The notes under the pieces were generated by a model that did no database searches, was not told where the DNA came from, and saw only the letters and a list, made by a program, of their open reading frames with translations. 64,000 bases of DNA from positions 2,503,941 through 2,567,940 of the forward strand of contig OZ253467.1 of the NCBI GenBank assembly GCA_965261665.1, in the 5' to 3' direction. Position 1 is the first letter of the stretch. Each line of letters begins with the position of its first letter. Both the position numbers and the translations under genes were made by a program. The DNA comes from Dehalococcoidia bacterium. GTDB lineage: Bacteria > Chloroflexota > Dehalococcoidia > Lucifugimonadales > GCA-2712585. This document shows, piece by piece, positions 56,411 to 64,000 of this stretch.

Positions 56411-56524
56411 CTAGTGCCACAGGACCCGCGCCTCCAGCTTTGCCAGATCCGCCTTGGTGGCAAGGTGCTCGTAGCCGCCTTCAAGCCGGCTAACTCTTTC
56501 CCTTATGTCGTCTGTGGTCGTCAT
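56411..56524 (-). pseudogene. Truncated DUF1640-like small ORF (37 codons)
   Basis: MTTTDDIRERVSRLEGGYEHLATKADLAKLEARVLWH* shares the ..ATKADL(K/A)(E/K)LE.R.. core with the 48301-48627 protein. It stops where the TM anchor should begin. Confidence 0.4.
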
Positions 56525-56723
56525 GGATACTCGTCAGAATCTCGCCGCATAGCCTCCACTATACAGTATTTAGCACTGCTGTGCCGCAATTCGTACCGAG
56601 CTCCCCAACGCAACCAACACCCATTACCCAATTGCGGGCCTCAGGGGCGGTCGTAACGTCAAAGACGCGTCTCTTGTGCGCCGCAAAAAAACGTTTGCTA
56701 GCGGCAGGTCCCCCTAACGCCCG

Positions 56724-57848
56724 CTACTTGAAGTCCATGTTGTACAGCTTGATGACGTTATCCCGCGTAATCTTCCGCTTGTAGATCTCCGGCAGACCGG
56801 CGAAGTCCTCGTCCACAATCTCCTTCGAGTTGGGGAACGTCGACGCCCCGTGGGGGTAGTCGCTGGCCCAGGCGTAGTTGTCCTCGCCAAAGTAGTCCGC
56901 AAGCTGCAGCCCGACGGGGTCAGTCTGATAGCTCACGTAGAACTGCCTGAGGGCGTACTCCCTCGGCGTCATCTTCAATTCCGTGGGGTTCGTGTACTGC
57001 TGCTTCTCCCACCACCTGTCGGCCCGGAAGAGGAAGTGAGGCACCCAGCCGATGTCGTTTTCCGCCGAAACTATCGTCAGGCCGGGGTGGCGCTCCAGCA
57101 CGCCCGAGAACATTATCTGGGAGAAGGAACGTTGAATCTCATGGATAATGCCTATCACCCTGACATAATTCTCCTTGAATATTCCCTCCGCCTTGCTCTC
57201 GTCGGCATGGCCCGTGAGAATGTGCAGGCTGATGGGCATGCTCAGGTCTGCCGCAACGGCCCAGAACGGCTCATACATAGGGTTGGAGTAGCTAAGCCCG
57301 TCGGGAGGCGAGGCCATTATTACCCCGCCCCTCAAGCCCAACTCAGCGCACCGATTCAACTCCTTGATCCCTTCTTCTACATTCATTAGCGGAATCAGCC
57401 CAAGACCCACCAGATGCCTGGGATTCGTCTGGCAGAACTCCGCCAGCCAGGTGTTGTAGGCGGCGAAGACCGCCTCCTGGAATGGAGCATCCGTCAACCT
57501 AAACAGGTCGAAAGCCAGCGAGGTGTAGATGACCTCTGCCTCCACGCCGTCTCTCTCCAGGTCCCCCATCCGCGCCGCCGGGTCATAGGCCCCGGGCGGG
57601 CACTCCTCGAAGTCGGGGTCCCTGTCCTGCTGCGCCTTCACCTCCTTGGGTGAAAGGCCGGCGTTGAACAGCCCAATTATCTTCTTCGGCTCCATGCCCT
57701 CTATGATGAAGTAGTGGCCCCTCATCCCCGGCGGGTCCTTGACAATTCGCGGCGCCCTGTCCTTGAAGGACGGATCGATGTAGTCCACCCACATTTCCGG
57801 CGGCTCCACCACGTGGGAATCTGCGGAAATCAGCTTGAAGTCGGGCAT
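56724..57848 (-). CDS. Amidohydrolase_2 paralog 4
   Basis: 374 aa with ..ISADSHVVEP.. and ..WASDYPHGAS... Confidence 0.8.
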   Translation of the reverse strand: MPDFKLISADSHVVEPPEMWVDYIDPSFKDRAPRIVKDPPGMRGHYFIIEGMEPKKIIGLFNAGLSPKEVKAQQDRDPDFEECPPGAYDPAARMGDLERDGVEAEVIYTSLAFDLFRLTDAPFQEAVFAAYNTWLAEFCQTNPRHLVGLGLIPLMNVEEGIKELNRCAELGLRGGVIMASPPDGLSYSNPMYEPFWAVAADLSMPISLHILTGHADESKAEGIFKENYVRVIGIIHEIQRSFSQIMFSGVLERHPGLTIVSAENDIGWVPHFLFRADRWWEKQQYTNPTELKMTPREYALRQFYVSYQTDPVGLQLADYFGEDNYAWASDYPHGASTFPNSKEIVDEDFAGLPEIYKRKITRDNVIKLYNMDFK

Positions 57849-57954
57849 TCTAACCCCCTTGAATTACAAAGTTGCGCTCATGGTATTGTCACAGGCGGAG
57901 GTTGTCAATTTAAGTGTAGCGAAACGTCCTTTTCCGTCAATAATCCGTTACAAT

Positions 57955-57994
57955 GACTAACGAGACTCTATTTCGACTAACGAGACTCTATTTC
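57955..57994. repeat. Perfect 2 x 20-bp direct tandem repeat in a divergent intergenic region
   Basis: gactaacgagactctatttc occurs at 57955-57974 and 57975-57994. It lies between the amidohydrolase start (57848, minus) and the nudC start (58020, plus). Confidence 0.9.
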
Positions 57995-58019
57995 AGAAAG
58001 TGGAGGATGCCCCGACTAT

Positions 58020-58934
58020 ATGGCTGCAGCGCAAATCTTTGCCGGAAACCCCATGGACAGGGGCGAGCGGGAGCGGCGGGACGAAGATTGGATTCGACGT
58101 GCCGCCCTGGGAGACGAAGCTCGCTTCCTGCTTCTCTGGAACCTGAAGGTCCCCCTTTCGGCGGGACGAAACGCCAGACTATCGTGGGCAAGCCGCGCTG
58201 AACTCGACAAGCTGGGGCTGGAGACGGAACCCGTCCTGCTGGGTCTCCTGGACGGTGTGGCCCACTTCGCCGTCGACGTCTCCGCCATGGACGACCCAAC
58301 CCGCGCCCTGACCAATCTCGACGACGCAGTCTTTGAAGACGCCCGCAGCGCAGCGTTGATGCTGTCCTACGCCGAAGCTGGCATTTTATGTCAAGCAGCC
58401 GCCCAGCTGAACTGGCACGCGAGCCATCGCTACTGCTCCACCTGCGGCAAGAGGTCGGAGATCCGACGGGGCGGTCAGCTGCGCCAGTGCACCCGCTGCA
58501 GCAAGCAGCATTTCCCCCGCACCGACCCTGTCGTGATAACCGTTGTGTCCCACGGCGACCAATGCCTGCTCGGCCAGTCCCGCGGCCGCATGACCCGCCT
58601 AAAGACCTACTCCGCCCTGGCCGGATTCGTAGACCAGGGCGAGTCCATAGAGGAAGCGGTGGCTCGGGAGATAATGGAAGAGGCGGGCATACAGGTCAAG
58701 AACGTCCGATACCTCTTCTCCCAGCCGTGGCCCTTCCCTCACACGCTGATGATGGGCTGCGAGGCCACCGCCGCAACCACCGAGATAGTCCGCGACGAGG
58801 AGGAGATGGAGGACGTGCAATGGTTCGAACGGCGGGAGGTGCTGCTGGCATTGGAAGAGCGCAACCCGCGGCTAATCCTCCCAGGTCCCATCGCCATAGC
58901 CCACCATCTGATAAAACGATGGGCCACGACCTGA
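58020..58934 (+). CDS. nudC: NAD+ diphosphatase (NADH pyrophosphatase), Nudix family
   Basis: 304 aa. It has the zinc ribbon ..CSTCGKRS..CTRCSKQHFPRTDP.. and the Nudix box ..GFVDQGESIEEAVAREIMEEAGI... Confidence 0.85.
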   Translation: MAAAQIFAGNPMDRGERERRDEDWIRRAALGDEARFLLLWNLKVPLSAGRNARLSWASRAELDKLGLETEPVLLGLLDGVAHFAVDVSAMDDPTRALTNLDDAVFEDARSAALMLSYAEAGILCQAAAQLNWHASHRYCSTCGKRSEIRRGGQLRQCTRCSKQHFPRTDPVVITVVSHGDQCLLGQSRGRMTRLKTYSALAGFVDQGESIEEAVAREIMEEAGIQVKNVRYLFSQPWPFPHTLMMGCEATAATTEIVRDEEEMEDVQWFERREVLLALEERNPRLILPGPIAIAHHLIKRWATT

Positions 58935-59028
58935 ACCCCGCTATACGATCGTCACGAAGAACGGCACTTCCGAACGTGCTCTACAGACGTGACAGCCTGA
59001 CACCCCATATAACAAGGAGGCCTTGAAC

Positions 59029-59559
59029 ATGGACGAGCAGACCCCCATGAGTGGGCCGCTGCCCAACAGCTACTGGGTTGTCCCCGGACGCTTCGCCGCA
59101 GGCGGATACCCCGGAGCCGGTGCTTCTTACCTGACGGCCACCAGGTTCAAGGCCCTGACCGAGGCCGGAATCAACTGCTTCATCAACCTCACCGAGACAG
59201 GCGAGCTTCCATCCTACGAGGACGTTGCCGAAAGGGAATCTCGCGCCCAGGGTCTAACTCCAGAGTTCCACCACTTCTCCATACAAGACCGGGACATCCC
59301 CCAAGGTCGGCAGCAGATGAAGCAAATCCTCGACGTAATAGACACAAGCCTGGACGAGAGCAAAAAGGTCTACGTCCACTGCCTCGCCGGCATAGGGCGC
59401 ACCGGCACCGTTGTAGGCTGCTGGCTGGTCCGTCACGGACGCACCGGGGAACAGGCCCTAGACCAGATTACGAACTGGCGCCTTCAAGCCTACCTTCACC
59501 CCGGTTCCCCGGAAACGCCCTGGCAACGCGACTACGTTCTCAACTGGAAAGAGGAATAG
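59029..59559 (+). CDS. Cys-based protein-tyrosine/dual-specificity phosphatase
   Basis: The CX5R P-loop is ..VHCLAGIGRTGT... AAGGAGG lies 8 nt upstream of ATG 59029. Confidence 0.75.
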   Translation: MDEQTPMSGPLPNSYWVVPGRFAAGGYPGAGASYLTATRFKALTEAGINCFINLTETGELPSYEDVAERESRAQGLTPEFHHFSIQDRDIPQGRQQMKQILDVIDTSLDESKKVYVHCLAGIGRTGTVVGCWLVRHGRTGEQALDQITNWRLQAYLHPGSPETPWQRDYVLNWKEE

Positions 59560-59928
59560 CGCCCCGCGTTCCTCCATCGTAGGGGCGGTTCGAGGAGTCT
59601 GCCCGATTGCGGATTTATGTTGAACCCCATAGTCTGCTAATGGGGATGGGAATTTTACGGATATTATCGAAATTCCTCCCTGAAAGGGAACGATTGGCGC
59701 GCAGGGCGCATACTATCTGTTAGAGGCCCAGGCGATTCCAGTGCGAGGAGGAATCCTACACCCACACAAACAGGACACCCACGTCATACCCCATCCCATA
59801 CGGGCGTCCCTTGTGGGCGTCCGAATTCGGCGGTTGCACCCCCATCCTCTCATCCCATTCTCATTGACAACAAAGCCCTCATACTCCAAAATCACAGCCA
59901 AAACACGAGCGAAAGGAGACGCAACGGT

Positions 59929-61131
59929 ATGAAGAACGGATTCAAGGTTATCGATGCCGACGCTCACATGCAGGACGAGTTGGCCCACTGGCTGGACTTC
60001 GTAGAACCCGCTTATCGGGAGAGAAGCATTAAGGTCGAGATGGTGGAGGACGTTTTCGGCGGCCTCGGCGGTCGTCGTCAGGTGGAGGTTCTCCCCTGTG
60101 AGCTCTTCCCCAAGGGACAGCCCCGCAAGGCCAGCCTCCAGGGCTCCGGCCCCAAGAGCCGAGAAGGGCGTATAGACCTGCGAGAGTACATGCCCCAGAA
60201 GTATAACGAGGCTTTCCACGAGGAGTGGAGCGCCCAGAGCCGCCTGCGGGACATGGACCGCTTCGGCTGGGACAAGCAGATTGGCATCAGCGGCAGCACC
60301 CTCGGTTGGGACAGGCTCCACGATAGAGACCAGGACCTTCTGTGGGCCATGGCCCGCGCTTACAACAACTGGTGCCGCCAATTCTGTGACGCCGACTCCA
60401 AGCGTCTCTTCCCTGTCGCCACCCTCCCCGACCAACACGACATTGAAGGACTGGTTACAGAGACCCGCCGCTGCGTAGAGGAGCTTGGAGCAGTCACCGT
60501 CATGATGCCCAAGGGCACGAAAGAGCGCCCTTGGGAGCATCCCGATTACGACCCCTTCTGGCGTTTGGCGGAGGACCTGGAAGTCCCCGTGGCCTGGCAC
60601 ACCACCGAAAGCGGCGACCCCATGGCCGCCGCCCGCTACCTTCCCAGAGACCAGGTGCCCGGGCAGCAGGTTGCTCTTGCCCACGCCATTTCTCATCCCT
60701 TCGAGAGCATGATCTCTCTGGGCCACCTCATCTACATGGGCATACTGGAACGCTTCCCCAAGCTCAAAGTGGTCTTCCTGGAGAACAACGCCGGCTGGCT
60801 CCCTTGGTGGCTGGCGCGCCTCGACGACCACGCAATTCAATCTCGCCGCCAGGGCATGTGGTTCGACGCTGGTCTCCTTCCCATGTCTCCCACCGAATAC
60901 TTCCGTCGACAGGGCTTCATTGCCTGCGACGGCGACGAAGGAGCCTTGAAGGGAACCATAGACGCCGGATGGGAAGACCACGTGATTTGGAACACGGACT
61001 ACCCCCACCCCGACGCGCCGGATCCGGACAAGGCAGTCGACGCCCTCTTGGCGCAACCCATCTCCGACACGGCAAAACGGAAGATCCTTTGGGACAATCC
61101 GGTGCGGCTGCACGGCCCTAGAATTCTCTAG
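59929..61131 (+). CDS. Amidohydrolase_2 paralog 5
   Basis: 400 aa with ..IDADAHMQDE.. and ..WNTDYPHPDA... AAGGAGA RBS. Confidence 0.8.
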   Translation: MKNGFKVIDADAHMQDELAHWLDFVEPAYRERSIKVEMVEDVFGGLGGRRQVEVLPCELFPKGQPRKASLQGSGPKSREGRIDLREYMPQKYNEAFHEEWSAQSRLRDMDRFGWDKQIGISGSTLGWDRLHDRDQDLLWAMARAYNNWCRQFCDADSKRLFPVATLPDQHDIEGLVTETRRCVEELGAVTVMMPKGTKERPWEHPDYDPFWRLAEDLEVPVAWHTTESGDPMAAARYLPRDQVPGQQVALAHAISHPFESMISLGHLIYMGILERFPKLKVVFLENNAGWLPWWLARLDDHAIQSRRQGMWFDAGLLPMSPTEYFRRQGFIACDGDEGALKGTIDAGWEDHVIWNTDYPHPDAPDPDKAVDALLAQPISDTAKRKILWDNPVRLHGPRIL

Positions 61132-61194
61132 TACCGGCAGCTAGCCGCGCCCCCATACGGCAACCCCTACATTAAATACAGGAGATATCACACC

Positions 61195-63171
61195 ATGCGA
61201 CAATGGACAAAGTTTAGAAGGATGGGCCGGCTCTCCCTTGTTCCCCTGCTGTTGGCTCTAATTCTCACCCTCGCGATCGCGGCCTGCGGCGGCGATGACG
61301 ACACGCCCGAACCCACCGCAGCGCCGGCAGCCCCGGCTACCGCGCCTCCGGCGGCGACTATGGCGCCCACCACCGCCCCGGCGGCTACGACAGCCCCCAC
61401 CGCAGCGCCTGCCCAGCAGGCCACTGCTACTCGGGCGCCCGCTACAACCCCCAGGCCCACCACTGCAACCACGGTTGCTCCGACGGCAACGGCAATGCCG
61501 TCAACGCCACCGCCCACGTCGCGGCCCACGGCGTCGCCCACGCCTGTCGCCACGGCCCCGCCGGACAGAGTTCCCGTTGACACGCAGCTCAAAATAGCCT
61601 TCGTCCCTCCAGGCAACCAGGTGACCATGATGTACCTGACCCTTCAGAGCGGCACCGGGCCCCTCAAGCCCATGTATGAGATGCTCATCGGCCAAGATCC
61701 CCTCACCGGCGGCTGGACTGACCAGGGCTTGGCCTCCGAGTGGAGCGTCTCCCCCGGCGCGAAGGACTGGACATTCAAACTACGTGAGGGCATCCCGTTC
61801 CACAGCACCGACAGTTGGCAAGGCGGTGAGTTCACCACTAAGGATATAGAAGGCAGTATCGCTACCCTCGTACGAGAGGATGCCCGCAGTAGCGCCTCCA
61901 TCTGGACCAACTTGGGCGCCCAGAAGCCAGAGGCCTTCGACATCGTAGACGAGTACAACTTCACTTGGCGCTTGAGCAAAGGCGAGCCTCTCTTTGAAAA
62001 CTACGCCTCCTCCGGCTGGGTGGCTACGATGCTAAGTAAGGACTACATGGACGCGGTAGGCATCGAAGGCTACCAGGCCCATCCCATAGGCACCGGTCCT
62101 TTCAGCTTCATTGAGTTGAAGATAGATGAGCATATCCTCTACGAGCGCGTGGAAGACCACTGGCGTCAGGTGCCGGAATTCCACGAGTTGAAGTTCTTCT
62201 ACGTCAAGGAAGACTCCACCCGCCTGGCCATGCAGCTTACTGAAGAGGCCCATATCGCCGACATTCCCTCCGTCCTCATCCCCGAGACCCTGGCAAGGGG
62301 CCACGTCGTATCCGTGGGCACGCTGCCCGGGTTCTTCCTGTACATCTGGATTGGCGGCCTCTACTACGACAGCGAACAGACGATTCGAGTCGGTGACCGG
62401 AAGGGTGAAATTCAGGAAATAGCCCCGGGATACGACCCCGACGACCCCTTCCGCAACGTACTGGTTCGCAAGGCTCTAAACCTTGCCGTGGACCGGAACC
62501 TGCTCAACGAGACCTTCTGGGACGGCGACGCCATCCCTCAGTTGATACATGGGTTCCCGCCAACCAACCCCGACTTCAAGCACGACGACTGGACTCCCTA
62601 TCCCTTTGACCCCGAGGGCGCCAAGGCAGCGCTGGCTGAAGCCGGCTACCCCGACGGCTTTGCGTTCGACTTCCAGACCTCCATCGTTTCCGGCGTGCCG
62701 GAGGCTCCTGAGGTTGCGGAAGCCGTCACCGCCATGTGGCAGGCCATCGGCCTCAAGCCCAACCTTCAGCCCATCGAATACAGCACCATGAGGTCGGAGA
62801 TGCGAGCCAGGGACGTCGGCCGCACCGTGGGAACATTCCGACAGGGCGCAGGCCCCGGCGGCATCTACACCCGCGGCAACATCCAGTACCGACTGGGTCC
62901 AGTCCCAGGCGGCGCCGGCAACGGCATCTGGGAGATCCCAGAACTGGACGACATCTGGATAAACTTGGCAGACGCCATCGAGGCCGATGACATCCTGGAA
63001 CAGACCTTCGTGATCGGCGACTACCTCTACGAGAACTACATCACCGTGCCGCTGTTCTTCCTATTCCCCAAGGCGGTGGTCAACCCCGCCTACGTTGTGG
63101 ACTACCGGCAGAACATGCTCCACTTCGGCCCCGCCGTGGGCCACGAGTACACCCGGCCCGTCTACAAGTAG
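61195..63171 (+). CDS. ABC transporter substrate-binding lipoprotein (family 5) with long P/T/A-rich linker
   Basis: 658 aa. The lipobox is ..LTLAIAAC, followed by about 95 aa of Pro/Thr/Ala low complexity and then an SBP_bac_5-like body. No permease genes follow. Confidence 0.8.
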   Translation: MRQWTKFRRMGRLSLVPLLLALILTLAIAACGGDDDTPEPTAAPAAPATAPPAATMAPTTAPAATTAPTAAPAQQATATRAPATTPRPTTATTVAPTATAMPSTPPPTSRPTASPTPVATAPPDRVPVDTQLKIAFVPPGNQVTMMYLTLQSGTGPLKPMYEMLIGQDPLTGGWTDQGLASEWSVSPGAKDWTFKLREGIPFHSTDSWQGGEFTTKDIEGSIATLVREDARSSASIWTNLGAQKPEAFDIVDEYNFTWRLSKGEPLFENYASSGWVATMLSKDYMDAVGIEGYQAHPIGTGPFSFIELKIDEHILYERVEDHWRQVPEFHELKFFYVKEDSTRLAMQLTEEAHIADIPSVLIPETLARGHVVSVGTLPGFFLYIWIGGLYYDSEQTIRVGDRKGEIQEIAPGYDPDDPFRNVLVRKALNLAVDRNLLNETFWDGDAIPQLIHGFPPTNPDFKHDDWTPYPFDPEGAKAALAEAGYPDGFAFDFQTSIVSGVPEAPEVAEAVTAMWQAIGLKPNLQPIEYSTMRSEMRARDVGRTVGTFRQGAGPGGIYTRGNIQYRLGPVPGGAGNGIWEIPELDDIWINLADAIEADDILEQTFVIGDYLYENYITVPLFFLFPKAVVNPAYVVDYRQNMLHFGPAVGHEYTRPVYK

Positions 63172-63207
63172 CCGCGCCGAACCTATAGAAAAAACTACGA
63201 TAAATGT

Positions 63208-63236
63208 GCCCCGGGGAGTTTGAAGCTCCCCGGGGC
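63208..63236. terminator. G+C-rich hairpin between convergent genes (probable bidirectional terminator)
   Basis: The stem is 11 bp, GCCCCGGGGAG (63208-63218) / CTCCCCGGGGC (63226-63236), with a 7-nt loop. A T-run (tagttttttct) follows on the minus strand. Confidence 0.55.
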
Positions 63237-63330
63237 GTCCGGCACAACAAACCGACATGGTGAAGCGTCCATCGACCGTATTCTTAATAACCAATTCGAA
63301 CGTGTCCCGGTACTAACCCAACAAACTACG

Positions 63331-63978
63331 TTAACCCACACTGAACAATTCATTGAGTATCTGTAGACGTCGAATGCCAACGGGCATGGACAACTCGATC
63401 GTTGCTTCCCGAACGCTGCGCAGGTAGCTCGATACTGAGAAGACCCACAGTTCAGGAACCTTGCAAAAGCCGGTCCAACTGTCTGGTACCTTAAAGGGAA
63501 ATTCGCGAGTAGAGGCGTTCACGCTGAACAAGTGTCTATCTTTCTCTTCACGAGGACCGATAGCTTCCCAAAATATGAGAAGTGGTCGAACCTCATCTTC
63601 ATGCACTCCGTCAGGCGGCTTCATACGGACAAGCACTTTGCCTGTCGAATGATTTGTGAGAGTCTTGAGATGGTCGTCCCACTGTCCTTCCCAACGCTTC
63701 TGCCTATAGGTCATCAATTCCTCAGTAGTTACTGAAGCTGAAAGAGTTTTGCCTCCAATGGCGTGTGCAGACCAGTTTTTTATTTCGGTTTGGAATACAG
63801 CGCTTCTGCCGTTAGGCCAGTCCACTCGTATCCACCTATCAAGTCGCGGGCCCCGCGTTTTTCCCGTCGTTACAGGCCAGGGTTTATGACTGTTTGGTAA
63901 GGTAAGTACGTTCGCGCTAATGCCCGTGGACCTAAGATAGCGCTGAAAACAGGCAGTGTTTAGGTCCTCGCCAACCAC
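63331..63978 (-). CDS. Hypothetical protein with PD-(D/E)xK-like motif, in a lower-G+C segment at window edge
   Basis: 215-aa ORF (GTG start; the true N-terminus may lie beyond the window). ..RLDRWIRVDWPNGRSAVFQTEIKNWS.. fits the D...(D/E)xK spacing. Hand-counted lines give about 45-50% G+C. Confidence 0.45.
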   Translation of the reverse strand: MVGEDLNTACFQRYLRSTGISANVLTLPNSHKPWPVTTGKTRGPRLDRWIRVDWPNGRSAVFQTEIKNWSAHAIGGKTLSASVTTEELMTYRQKRWEGQWDDHLKTLTNHSTGKVLVRMKPPDGVHEDEVRPLLIFWEAIGPREEKDRHLFSVNASTREFPFKVPDSWTGFCKVPELWVFSVSSYLRSVREATIELSMPVGIRRLQILNELFSVG

Positions 63979-64000
63979 CCCTACTATGCTGGTCGCCTGC

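Noticed and set aside
57953-58201. 82-aa plus-strand ORF spanning the 20-bp tandem repeat
   Set aside because: It overlaps the well-supported nudC gene in another frame. It has no RBS, and its repeat-encoded N-terminus is incidental.
59713-61113. 466-aa ORF on the minus strand, the longest ORF in that region
   Set aside because: It is exactly antisense to the amidohydrolase_2 gene 59929-61131, which carries clear family motifs and an RBS. The translation is V/G/A/L-rich low complexity, typical of antisense frames in high-G+C DNA.
61188-61628. Overlapping ORFs on both strands (146 aa minus; 100 aa plus) in a P/T/A-rich stretch
   Set aside because: These are low-complexity artefacts of the Pro/Thr/Ala linker that follows the lipobox of the SBP gene 61195-63171.

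Overview
High-G+C bacterial chromosomal segment. Hand-counted 60-nt lines give about 60-65% G+C in core genes. The gene content looks Chloroflexota-like (Dehalococcoidia/SAR202-type), but that is inference only. No rRNA, tRNA, CRISPR array or intact transposase was seen. Core content: peptide-type ABC transporter genes, dnaN, a por-type 2-oxoacid:ferredoxin oxidoreductase operon, a complete mrpABCDEFG antiporter operon, formamidase, dinB, ilvE, plsY, prkA, ggt, otsB, a Fur-family regulator, manC, nudC and a thiolase/DUF35/amidase operon. There are also five amidohydrolase_2 (ACMSD-like) paralogs. Most notable non-routine items: (1) an OsmC-family gene with one in-frame TGA at the expected redox-Cys position, followed by a SECIS-like hairpin, making it a candidate selenoprotein; (2) a McrBC type IV restriction islet beside a HEPN/PaREP1-like gene, in which McrB has a long lower-G+C N-terminal domain and McrC is frameshifted just before its nuclease motif; (3) an uncharacterised four-gene cluster of His-rich exported/membrane proteins (43.3-46.9 kb), possibly metal (Cu?) handling. 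Further items: small single-pass coiled-coil proteins built from perfect in-frame tandem repeats, plus a truncated third copy beside a start-less zincin remnant; a lipoprotein with plant-type LRRs; two copies of a palindromic MITE/REP-like element; a PEP-CTERM-like tail on a zincin peptidase; and a low-G+C nuclease-like ORF at the right edge. All functional calls come from motif recognition by eye, and no database search was possible.
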